This document shows, piece after piece, positions 1 to 7,862 of a stretch of DNA of 32,000 bases. Under the pieces are notes generated by a model. That model ran no database searches. It was not told the DNA's origin and worked only from the letters and a program-made list of their open reading frames with translations. Source of the stretch: Promethearchaeum syntrophicum (GTDB taxonomy: Archaea > Asgardarchaeota > Lokiarchaeia > Sigyniarchaeales > Promethearchaeaceae). A program made the position numbers and the translations under genes. Location: contig NZ_CP042905.2 of NCBI RefSeq assembly GCF_008000775.2, positions 3,090,001 through 3,122,000 of the forward strand, in the 5' to 3' direction. Each line of letters opens with the position of its first letter. Positions within the stretch are counted from its first letter, which is position 1.

Positions 1-367
1 ACTAATAACACAAATTAAGAAAATGCTAAAAAGCTACTTTCTGCCTGAATTTCTCAATAGGGTAGATGATATTGTTATTTTCAATTTCCTTTCAAAAGAG
101 AATATTGAGAAAATAGTTGATGTTCAAATTCGGGAATTAAATCATATTCTTGCGACCAGAAAAGTAAAGATCAATTTATCCAAGAGTGCTCGAGAAAAAT
201 TAGCAGATATTGGTTTTGATCCAGAAAACGGCGCAAGACCTTTAAAACGAGCGATTCAAAGGAATATTCAAGATAGATTAGCCACATCTTTACTAATGGG
301 AGAAATCCAACAAGATCAAACTCTAATGATTGACATTGACAATTCGGGGAAATTCATTTTCAAATAA
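1..367 (+). CDS. clpB: ClpB/Hsp100-type AAA+ chaperone, C-terminal fragment (gene begins upstream of the window)
   Basis: The frame is open from the window edge. The translation FLPEFLNRVDDIVIF...GFDPENGARPLKRAIQRNIQDRLA matches the conserved C-terminal D2-small domain of ClpB/ClpA, including the GARPLKR sensor-2 motif. Confidence 0.85.
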   Translation, partial: LITQIKKMLKSYFLPEFLNRVDDIVIFNFLSKENIEKIVDVQIRELNHILATRKVKINLSKSAREKLADIGFDPENGARPLKRAIQRNIQDRLATSLLMGEIQQDQTLMIDIDNSGKFIFK

Positions 368-408
368 AATTATTTTTTATTTCTGATTTTTTTACTTCTT
401 GATAAATA

Positions 409-783
409 TTAAATTTCAAGAGAATCAATGATAGAAATTAGGGGGTTTAGGATAAATTTAACTCGCTCTTTAATTTGAGCGGATATATTTTTGAGAGTCT
501 CCTTTCCTGCTTGGGTGATTTGATATTTTCTCTGCTTTCGTCCAGTCGAGGATTGTTCCGATGAAACTAAACCCATATTTTCCAGTCTTCGTAATTCTGA
601 ATAAAGAGTACCTGATTTAAACCTAATGCGATTATTCATAATTTTTGGGACTAAATTCATCAATTCATAGCCGGTAATATTTGGAGTTTTGCAAATTAAG
701 GCAAGAAATATAGCTCTTGTTAAGGGGACAGGATCGTGACTTTTCAATGTATCATTTTTTTTATTAGAAGTCTCGTTTTCCAT
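409..783 (-). CDS. PadR-family winged-helix transcriptional regulator
   Basis: 124 aa. GYELMNLV...SGTLYSELRRLENMGLV...RKYQITQAGKETL is the typical PadR wHTH pattern. Confidence 0.8.
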   Translation of the reverse strand: MENETSNKKNDTLKSHDPVPLTRAIFLALICKTPNITGYELMNLVPKIMNNRIRFKSGTLYSELRRLENMGLVSSEQSSTGRKQRKYQITQAGKETLKNISAQIKERVKFILNPLISIIDSLEI

Positions 784-832
784 TTTTTCCCCTTCAATAA
801 TTTAAATTGTAATTAAAATAAAAAAAAATGCC

Positions 833-1321
833 TTAAACTGTAGGCATAAAACTGATATATGCACTCAAAAATAAAACTGCAATACCAACAAGTATATTGA
901 TGATTAATATGATCATATTAAGTTTTTCTTTTACTGGAGGTGTAAGTTTATCCAATTTATCAATGATTAAACTTCGAAAAATGCTTAGAAGAATCATTAA
1001 GATATATAATATGTGCTTAATGCTCAATATTGTTGTATAAGGATTTCCAAATGTAAGAAATCCTGTTGATTGTCCTGATTGTTTGGCCATCAATAATCCA
1101 GTTAGAATCAAACCGACCATGCTTACATAGACAAATATACTCATTCTTTTCTTGATTGTTGAAATTGAAAGTTTGGTTTCTTTTGATTTGCCGAAAACCT
1201 TCATAATTGAAGGAAATACAGCAAATGCTAGCGTTAACATCCCTCCTATCCATAGAGCAGTAAATAGATTATGGAGGGTCGTAATAATTATTGGAACGAA
1301 TGGAGCTGCCATAGTAGTCAC
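833..1321 (-). CDS. small integral membrane protein (about 4 TM helices, CopD-like motif), function unknown
   Basis: Hydrophobic 162-codon ORF with an HNLFTALWIGG motif. It lies 49 bp upstream of the PadR gene on the same strand. The tracked start is GTG; that GTG forms part of an AGGTGA Shine-Dalgarno-like motif 5 nt before an in-frame ATG at 1312, which is the more likely start. Confidence 0.6.
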   Translation of the reverse strand: MTTMAAPFVPIIITTLHNLFTALWIGGMLTLAFAVFPSIMKVFGKSKETKLSISTIKKRMSIFVYVSMVGLILTGLLMAKQSGQSTGFLTFGNPYTTILSIKHILYILMILLSIFRSLIIDKLDKLTPPVKEKLNMIILIINILVGIAVLFLSAYISFMPTV

Positions 1322-2185
1322 CTAAATTTTTAATTTTTTAATATGTAGTCAATTGATATGTAGCCAATAAATATATTGACGAATCACATATAAATTTTTT
1401 GATGTATAGTTATTCAAAACCTATAATATTTAAAGCAAAACCTTTTTTGGTTGAATTTCTTTAATAATAGTAGAAGGTTTAGAAAATCTAAGCCTTGAAT
1501 TAACTTAAGTTATAGCAACAAATGAATTAATTGAAACGAAAACAATAAATAAGCAACGTTTCATATATGAAATACGATATAACGTTATAATGTGTAACAA
1601 AATCATCAATTGTCAATTATTAATTAAAAATAAAAATGTTATTTAAGAAAATAATCGATTAATTACGGAAGAAATTACAAAAATAATTCAAAACAAAAAA
1701 AATTGCTAAAAAGCAATAATATTCAATTAAAAGAATGTAAAATCACGAAACTTTACAACTACAGGGGCAAGACCTCAAAATAATTATTAAGGTTTAATAA
1801 AAGAAAAATTCTTCAAATATAACAAAACAAATGAAATTATTACGAAAAATCACGATAATTTAACCCAATGCATAAAATCTTTGAGCAAAGCTCAATTTAA
1901 TAGAGCTATGTTTAAAAATAAGCATACAATTGCAAATATTAAATGGAAAAATTAAGAATATAAAAACAATCTGAAAAATTGTAAAATTATTTCATTTAGA
2001 ATTGCATACATGTATGATTTACTGAACCATAGATTTTAGAATGGGAATTTATCAAAAGTTTTTCTTCTTAATGGAACTGGCGAATTTAAAGAGTATAGCT
2101 ATTATTGAATCTTTACAGATTACAATTTTGAATTGTATCCTAAAATAGTTGAAATATCGTTGTTTTAAAAGCAATAACAAATAAA

Positions 2186-3541
2186 GTGAAAAACATGACA
2201 CGAGGAATTAACGAATCGATTGATGCTGCCTCAACCTCTGCCAAATATAACATAGTTGCTTCATTTACAGTGAACGGAGTAGTAGAAGTTCAAGATGTAG
2301 TCGGAGCACTTTTTGGTCAAACTGAAGGTTTATTCAACGATTTAGAATTACGAGAATTACAAAAATCAGGCCGAATTGGAAGAATAGTTGTAAACGCTGA
2401 ATCAAATAATGGTAAAACAATTGGAGAGATAATAATACCTTCAAGCCTTGATCGAACCGAAACAGCTATATTAGCGGCAACAATGGAAACAGTGGACCGA
2501 GTAGGCCCATGTACTGCTTTCTTTCAATTGAATGAAATTAAAGATTTACGCGAATCCAAATTAAAAAGAATTGAAGCGCGAGCAAAGGAACTTCTAAAAG
2601 ATTGGAAATCATTATCAGAAGACACACCTAAAATATCTAGTAAGATTAAATCTGCTCTTGAACGAGAGTCTGTTATTATGTGGAACGGTTTACCTGCAGG
2701 CTCAGACATAGATTTAGCTGAAAATGTGATAATTGTTGAAGGTCGGAATGATATTCAACAATTGTTTAAAATTGGTGTTAAAAATACAGTTGCAGTCAAT
2801 GGAACTTCAGTTCCAAAAGCGATTATTGATTTAACACATCATAAAGAATGTACAGCATTCTTGGATGGTGACAGAGGTGGAGATATGATACTAAATGAAC
2901 TACTACAAGTATCAAAAATTCAATTTTATGCACGAGCTCCCCGAAACCTAGAAGTTGAAGAATTGACCCCGAAAGATATGGTGAAATGTCTTCAACAGAA
3001 AAAACCAATAGAATTTTTACTCAAAGAGAAGAAAAATCGAGATACCAGAAATGACAGATTTAATTCCAATCATAAATCAAACGGATATAGAGAACGAATT
3101 CGTACTCCTAAAGATCGAACTCGGACGTATAAAGATCGAAGACCGGATATTAATCGAAGCTTAAGCAAATATTCAAGAGATAATAAAAACTATAGCAGTA
3201 ATCGAGGATCCTCTCGGAAAATTTCAGCATTAGAGGGTTTACCGAAAAGTACATTAAATACTTATGTAAAAGATTTAATTTCAAGCAATCAAGCAATTGG
3301 ATTAGATGAAGAATATAAAGAGATTTATCGGACAAGCAATGTTAAAATTTTTAATGAATTAAATGAAAAGTTAAAAACTGTGGTAATGGATGGAGTAATC
3401 ACTCAAAGATTTCTAGATGAAGCAATTAAGAATAAGATTGAGAAGGTAATAGCTGTTAATATTAAAGCACGATTGAAATTTCCAGAGAAAACAGACATTA
3501 AACTATTCTATTTTAAAGATTTTTTAACCAATAATGCTTAA
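2186..3541 (+). CDS. dnaG: archaeal DnaG-type primase (Toprim domain; exosome-associated in archaea)
   Basis: N-terminal VEVQDVVGALFGQTEGLF...RIGRIVV...IIIPSSLDRTETA, Toprim IIVEGRNDI...AFLDGDRGGD, and C-terminal DGVITQRFLD are collinear with archaeal DnaG. The start could be GTG 2186 or ATG 2195. Confidence 0.9.
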   Translation: MKNMTRGINESIDAASTSAKYNIVASFTVNGVVEVQDVVGALFGQTEGLFNDLELRELQKSGRIGRIVVNAESNNGKTIGEIIIPSSLDRTETAILAATMETVDRVGPCTAFFQLNEIKDLRESKLKRIEARAKELLKDWKSLSEDTPKISSKIKSALERESVIMWNGLPAGSDIDLAENVIIVEGRNDIQQLFKIGVKNTVAVNGTSVPKAIIDLTHHKECTAFLDGDRGGDMILNELLQVSKIQFYARAPRNLEVEELTPKDMVKCLQQKKPIEFLLKEKKNRDTRNDRFNSNHKSNGYRERIRTPKDRTRTYKDRRPDINRSLSKYSRDNKNYSSNRGSSRKISALEGLPKSTLNTYVKDLISSNQAIGLDEEYKEIYRTSNVKIFNELNEKLKTVVMDGVITQRFLDEAIKNKIEKVIAVNIKARLKFPEKTDIKLFYFKDFLTNNA

Positions 3542-3557
3542 AAATTACTACCAAAAA

Positions 3558-3591
3558 TTTTTTTCTTAATTTTCTTTTTCTTTTTTTTTTT
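3558..3591 (+). terminator. oligo-T tract cluster downstream of dnaG (T7 at 3558-3564, T11 at 3581-3591)
   Basis: Archaeal transcription terminates at oligo-T runs. These runs start 17 nt after the dnaG stop codon. Confidence 0.4.
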
Positions 3592-3596
3592 AATCC

Positions 3597-3812
3597 CTAT
3601 TGAGCGGCATTTTGAATAATTTGGGAAATTAATTGTATTATATAAGAAAGAGCACCAATAACTGCAAGACCAATCAAACAAACTTTAAGAATTGAACCAT
3701 ACATTTTACGTGTGGGTTTGACAGAAATTTTCAATATTCTTCTACTATTTAAAAAGAATTTTTGAAGTTTATTCATACTTTGAGAAGGAGCATCTTTTGT
3801 AACTGCGGACAT
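3597..3812 (-). CDS. secE: protein translocase subunit SecE / Sec61-gamma
   Basis: 71 aa. It has an amphipathic N-terminus, then the KPTRKMY motif, then a single C-terminal TM (LKVCLIGLAVIGALSYIIQLI), as in archaeal SecE. Confidence 0.7.
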   Translation of the reverse strand: MSAVTKDAPSQSMNKLQKFFLNSRRILKISVKPTRKMYGSILKVCLIGLAVIGALSYIIQLISQIIQNAAQ

Positions 3813-3890
3813 TAAATTTCAAAAAGTAGTATCATTTTAATTTTTTTGTGAAACAATAATTTGTTTGAAAAAAAAAATTTTGATATTAAA

Positions 3891-4787
3891 TCATTTAGAA
3901 CCAATTAAAATATCCACAAACCATTTTGGATTAAAAGGAATTAAATGTTCATACCCTTGACCTATTCCAATATAAATAATTGGCTTTTTTGTTATATATG
4001 CAATAGATAGAGCCGCTCCACCTTTAGAATCAGCGTCTAATTTTGTGATTATACTTGCATCTATTTGTATTGCATGATTAAAGGCTTCTGCTTGAACTAA
4101 AACATCATTTCCAGCTAGTGAATCACCTATAAAAAGTGTTAAATCCGGTTGATTAACTCGTTTTATTTTTTTCAGCTCCTCCAACAGATTTTTATTGGTT
4201 ACTTGTCGACCTGAAGTGTCAATAATAACCGAATTGATCTTTTTCGCATACGCATGATCAATAGCATCGTATGCAACTGAGGCAGGATCCGCATTATAAG
4301 TCTGTTTTATTAAGTGTGTCTTAAGAGCATCCATATGTTTTGAGAGTTGTTCGATTGCACCTGCCCTAAAAGTATCTGATGCAGCAACGACAACAGAAAC
4401 ATCATTTTTCTTAAATAAATGGACCAATTTAGCGATTGTTGTTGTTTTACCTGTACCGTTTACGCCTAATACCAATATTGAATAAGGTTTGTTTTTATTT
4501 GGTCGGTTCTTAATAGTCTCTATTAAATTGAATTGATTTTCAACATTTAAAATTTCAAAAATTGCGTCTTTTATAGCGTTTTGTAGTGTACTTTTTTTAG
4601 AAAAGGCACCAACTTGAGTTCCTTCTAAGTTTTTTTGTGTTATTTCTACAATTTTCTCTGCTGCATGAACTGCTACATCATTTCTCAGTAAAGTCATTTT
4701 GAGATCTTTGAGAATTTTATTCATATTTTTTTCATTAAGGGTTGTTGTGAAAATATTTGATAACCCTTTCTTCATTTTCTTAAACAT
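3891..4787 (-). CDS. ftsY: signal recognition particle receptor FtsY (NG domain)
   Basis: SRP-GTPase motifs are present: GVNGTGKTTTIAKL (G1), DTSGRQ (G3), TKLDADSKGG (G4). Confidence 0.9.
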   Translation of the reverse strand: MFKKMKKGLSNIFTTTLNEKNMNKILKDLKMTLLRNDVAVHAAEKIVEITQKNLEGTQVGAFSKKSTLQNAIKDAIFEILNVENQFNLIETIKNRPNKNKPYSILVLGVNGTGKTTTIAKLVHLFKKNDVSVVVAASDTFRAGAIEQLSKHMDALKTHLIKQTYNADPASVAYDAIDHAYAKKINSVIIDTSGRQVTNKNLLEELKKIKRVNQPDLTLFIGDSLAGNDVLVQAEAFNHAIQIDASIITKLDADSKGGAALSIAYITKKPIIYIGIGQGYEHLIPFNPKWFVDILIGSK

Positions 4788-4810
4788 AAAAAGCCCTCTT
4801 CATGTGAATA

Positions 4811-5236
4811 TTACCGTTGATTGAATTTGGATTTAATTTCTTGAATTTTTCCGTTGATATCATTATAATTTTCAACAAGTTTGGCATGAAGTTTGTTATT
4901 AGCTTCTAATCGCTGTTCCATTTGTTTTATACTTTCTTCAAGATTTTTTTCAATAAACATATCTCTTGAAATGGGAATTATTATCTTATCAGGTTCTATG
5001 ATTTTGGCTCGAGCAAAAGCATTAGTTCCAATTGGAATGACAATTTCATGATTATTTTCGGCACTTTGAAGTTCTTCCATTGTTCTTTTTGAAATATTAA
5101 TTCCTGAGAGCTGATTCTCGGTCATTAAAAGTTGTTCAGAAATATTTTTTTTTTGTTCTTCTAATACTTGAACAACATACACCATTTGAGAAATTTCGGA
5201 TGAATTTGGACTAGGATTATTACTCATATTAATCAA
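4811..5236 (-). CDS. pfdA: prefoldin alpha subunit
   Basis: Coiled-coil termini flank two beta-hairpin segments (EIVIPIGTNAFARAKIIEPDKIIIPISRDMFIEK). It holds the conserved position between LX and ftsY. The tracked start is TTG; ATG at 5227 is the more likely start. Confidence 0.75.
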   Translation of the reverse strand: MINMSNNPSPNSSEISQMVYVVQVLEEQKKNISEQLLMTENQLSGINISKRTMEELQSAENNHEIVIPIGTNAFARAKIIEPDKIIIPISRDMFIEKNLEESIKQMEQRLEANNKLHAKLVENYNDINGKIQEIKSKFNQR

Positions 5237-5333
5237 ATTTTAATTATTTTAATTATTTTAAAGATTTGAAAAAGAATTAGTATAAAATATACTAATGGAA
5301 ATTAGTAGAGAAAAAAAATTGTTTAATCAAAAT

Positions 5334-5570
5334 TTATTCAATTTGACTTAAGGATCGAATAAATAAATCATCGCATTCGTCAATAGAAACAATTTTCGTT
5401 TCAGTTATTGTGATTTTACGCCTTAACAATCTTACAGAGGTAATTACAGACAATACTTTTTCAATAGCATTTGCTTCGGAAGTTGCTCTGACAAACTTGG
5501 TGAATTGAAATTTTTGAAAGCGTTTCGTATATTTTCCAGATATTTTATAGATTTGAATTTCTGTGCTCAT
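5334..5570 (-). CDS. rplX: 50S ribosomal protein LX (eL20 family)
   Basis: 78 aa. IYKISGKY...FTKFVRATSEANAIEKV resembles archaeal LX, and the gene holds the conserved position next to aIF6. Confidence 0.7.
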   Translation of the reverse strand: MSTEIQIYKISGKYTKRFQKFQFTKFVRATSEANAIEKVLSVITSVRLLRRKITITETKIVSIDECDDLFIRSLSQIE

Positions 5571-5685
5571 AATTCTTCATTTCTTTGCTAATCTTTATTT
5601 TAATAATTTCTAAAAAAGTTTCATCATTTTAATTTTTTTTGGAAGTAAAACTATTGCATTCACTGATCGGCTGATTCTTCGAGAA

Positions 5686-6363
5686 CTATTCCAGCTGGAG
5701 TATCTCCATTATTCTTTGTAATTCTGGACCCGTTGAATTTTGACCAAAAATTGCTACAGAATCATTCACGGTTACTCCGCCACTCAAATAAGGGCTTCCG
5801 CAATTAATAGTGCTAACATCAACTTCATCAACACGAAGGGTTTTCCCGATTATTTCTGCTTCTTCCTCAGTAACCATTGGATGTAAAAGCACTCCGGAAT
5901 TATTTGCAAGCCCACAAGATCCCGCTAGATCTGAATCTGCAAATCTTAAAACTCTGGTGGGAACTTTTAGTGCTTTTTCTATAATTTCCCTTGCTTCCTT
6001 AAGTTTTGGTGAGATTATTGCTCCTTTGTCATTACAGAGAATTAAATTCCCAAATGCATTATCCTCGAGAGAAATTGATGTTATTTGAAATTCCTTTTTT
6101 GTATTTTTCTGCAAAAGATCTAATTCATCATCATATATTAAATCCGGAACGATCATTCCATATGAATTCATGGCCACAAACGAACCTATCACAGGGCTTC
6201 CAGCAATAAAAGTCTCTATCGTGACAATTTCTGGTTGGTTTTGTGTTATAAAATTAACTATTTTTGGATTGATTTTTTGAGGATATAAAAAATAATCATT
6301 ATTCAGTGCTAGATATGTTCCCACTTCTTGATTTCCATAAATAATTTCTTTTAAAATTGGCAC
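5686..6363 (-). CDS. eif6: translation initiation factor 6 (aIF6/eIF6)
   Basis: 225 aa with the pentein-repeat eIF6 pattern (GNQEVGTYLALNNDY, IGSFVAMNSYGMIVP, GNLILCNDKGAIISP, GLANNSGVLLHP). The start codon is GTG. Confidence 0.9.
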   Translation of the reverse strand: MPILKEIIYGNQEVGTYLALNNDYFLYPQKINPKIVNFITQNQPEIVTIETFIAGSPVIGSFVAMNSYGMIVPDLIYDDELDLLQKNTKKEFQITSISLEDNAFGNLILCNDKGAIISPKLKEAREIIEKALKVPTRVLRFADSDLAGSCGLANNSGVLLHPMVTEEEAEIIGKTLRVDEVDVSTINCGSPYLSGGVTVNDSVAIFGQNSTGPELQRIMEILQLE

Positions 6364-6404
6364 TGATCTGATCTCCTATAAATTTTAATAAAAAGAAAAA
6401 ATAA

Positions 6405-6851
6405 TTAAGCTAAATAAGCTCGAACGACTCCATCAACGCTTTTTGTTACGCGGACTCTTATTTTCCTTGGTGGATTTTTAATTCCGTTTTCCCAAACTCG
6501 CTCATTTAACTCTTGAGAGATATAAACTTCCCCTTCAGGTTTCATATGTCGGGTTAAAAATTCTCTTAACACAATAATTGCTTTCTTCGAACGTTTCCAT
6601 CTCGGAACACGTTGGAATTTTCTTGCTAAAGGAACAACATAATAACGCTCTTCTTGAATTTCTTCATCGAATTCTGTTTCTGCTTCCTTAATTTCTTGCT
6701 CAATCTCACTAAGTTCTTCTTCACTTACTGGAGCTTCTTTTAAGTCAAAAGCATCAACATCTTCTTTAGGAACTTCCTCAATTTCTTCTTTCTTCTCTTC
6801 TTCTGGAGGAGGGGTTACCTTTTTTTTAATAATTTTTTTCTTTGCCATCAA
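6405..6851 (-). CDS. rpl31e: 50S ribosomal protein L31e with an acidic N-terminal extension
   Basis: The C-terminal 80 aa (YVVPLARKFQRVPRWKRSKKAI...NERVWENGIKNPPRKIRVRV) are L31e. The tracked first codon is TTG, with an ATG at 6848. Confidence 0.85.
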   Translation of the reverse strand: MMAKKKIIKKKVTPPPEEEKKEEIEEVPKEDVDAFDLKEAPVSEEELSEIEQEIKEAETEFDEEIQEERYYVVPLARKFQRVPRWKRSKKAIIVLREFLTRHMKPEGEVYISQELNERVWENGIKNPPRKIRVRVTKSVDGVVRAYLA

Positions 6852-6860
6852 TATCGCCTA

Positions 6861-7019
6861 TTATTTCTTTAATCGCTGAGTTCTCCAATGTCTCCTGGAA
6901 TAGGGTGTCGATCGGATTTTTCCTTTCGTTTTTATGGTTACCCAGGATGGAATATTGGAACCCATATCTCGGCTTTTTCCTAAACGTAATTTCATTGGTA
7001 AAGTTTTATTTCTTGCCAT
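6861..7019 (-). CDS. rpl39e: 50S ribosomal protein L39e
   Basis: This gene is not on the ORF track because it is under 60 aa. Hand translation of the minus strand gives MARNKTLPMKLRLGKSRDMGSNIPSWVTIKTKGKIRSTPYSRRHWRTQRLKK followed by TAA, a typical L39e, in the conserved position between the PDCD5-like gene and L31e. Confidence 0.85.
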   Translation of the reverse strand: MARNKTLPMKLRLGKSRDMGSNIPSWVTIKTKGKIRSTPYSRRHWRTQRLKK

Positions 7020-7030
7020 GGTTTTTCACT

Positions 7031-7372
7031 TTATTTGAATTGAATTTTACTTTGGTGTTTTTTTGTTTGATTTTGAAGTTGAATGAGTAAAGTTTTGAAT
7101 GTTTCATCGGTTAATGGTGTTTTTCCGCGAAGGGCTCCAGTTTGAAATGCTTGTATCAATTGAAGTTCAATATTTTGAGCAAATTGTGGTCTTGCCATTT
7201 GAATATTTGTCAATCTTGATCTGGCTTCTGGTGATAGAATGAGTCTCATTATGTTTTTTTTTTGACTCTCTAATTCGCTTTGTTGTTTTTGCTGATATTC
7301 ATTCATAGCTTGTTGTTTTTGAATTTCAGCTAACTTTTCTTCTCTCAAACGACGTAGATCTTCATCACTCAT
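7031..7372 (-). CDS. PDCD5/TFAR19-like dsDNA-binding protein (archaeal MTH1615 family)
   Basis: ILSPEARSRLTNIQMARPQFAQNIELQLIQAFQTG is the family signature. The synteny with S19e and L39e is conserved. Confidence 0.75.
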   Translation of the reverse strand: MSDEDLRRLREEKLAEIQKQQAMNEYQQKQQSELESQKKNIMRLILSPEARSRLTNIQMARPQFAQNIELQLIQAFQTGALRGKTPLTDETFKTLLIQLQNQTKKHQSKIQFK

Positions 7373-7421
7373 TACTTTTCAACTTATTTTCGTTGTAAAA
7401 AAATTTAAATTAACAATTTAT

Positions 7422-7862
7422 TTATTCTTTCTTTTCTTTCGATTCTGTTTTTTGAATCTCAGCTGCAGTTTTATCTAAGATAGAACGCCCAGCATTGGTT
7501 AATTCTCTTCCATTTTTTTCTGTAGTCCGAACATAACCTGCTTTTTCTAACTGTTGCAATACTCTTCTGATAATTGCCCCAGAACCTTTCGAACTATGTT
7601 TTAAGTGTACATATCCAGGAGACCTGCCACCGTATACTTTCTTCAATCTACTGATTCCAACTGGCTTTCTGTATAATTTTCTAAGTAAACTTGCTGCTCG
7701 AATATACCAGAAATTTTCAGAATCATCTGGCGGGAATTCTTTACTCCAAGCGGTCTTCCAAAATATACTTTCTTTAGGGGCTTGGATCGATTTTGCCGAT
7801 TTAAGCTTTTCCGCTACTGCGTTTATTAAATCAAATGCATATATATCATATATGTTAATAAC
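7422..7862 (-). CDS. rps19e: 30S ribosomal protein S19e (start codon unresolved)
   Basis: The tracked ORF (7422-7646) is only the C-terminal half. The same frame stays open up to 7862 and encodes VINIYDIYAFDLINAVAEKLK...FWYIRAASLLRKLY, which is the S19e N-terminus. See the finding on the missing start codon. Confidence 0.85.
   Translation of the reverse strand, partial: VINIYDIYAFDLINAVAEKLKSAKSIQAPKESIFWKTAWSKEFPPDDSENFWYIRAASLLRKLYRKPVGISRLKKVYGGRSPGYVHLKHSSKGSGAIIRRVLQQLEKAGYVRTTEKNGRELTNAGRSILDKTAAEIQKTESKEKKE

Noticed and set aside
1017-1253. 78-codon ORF in another frame on the same strand inside the 833-1321 membrane-protein gene
   Set aside because: It is fully nested in a longer ORF with a coherent TM-helix pattern. 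Its translation is Asn/Ile/Cys-rich and does not look like a protein.
2524-3335. Three 61-codon antisense ORFs (2524-2709, 2823-3008, 3150-3335) inside dnaG
   Set aside because: They lie opposite a gene with unambiguous DnaG homology along its full length. They have no motifs and sit exactly at the track threshold length.
5621-5627. C-box-like ATGATGA on the minus strand between the aIF6 and LX genes
   Set aside because: There is no downstream CTGA on the minus strand before the LX start. The two CTGA motifs at 5662-5673 are on the opposite strand and in the wrong order.
5810-6209. Plus-strand ORFs 5810-6088 and 6006-6209
   Set aside because: They are antisense to the well-supported aIF6 gene, and their translations are low-complexity Ser/Leu-rich.
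6842-7090. Plus-strand 82-codon ORF
   Set aside because: It is antisense to the hand-translated L39e gene (6861-7019) and to the ends of the L31e and PDCD5-like genes. The minus-strand products have clear homology.
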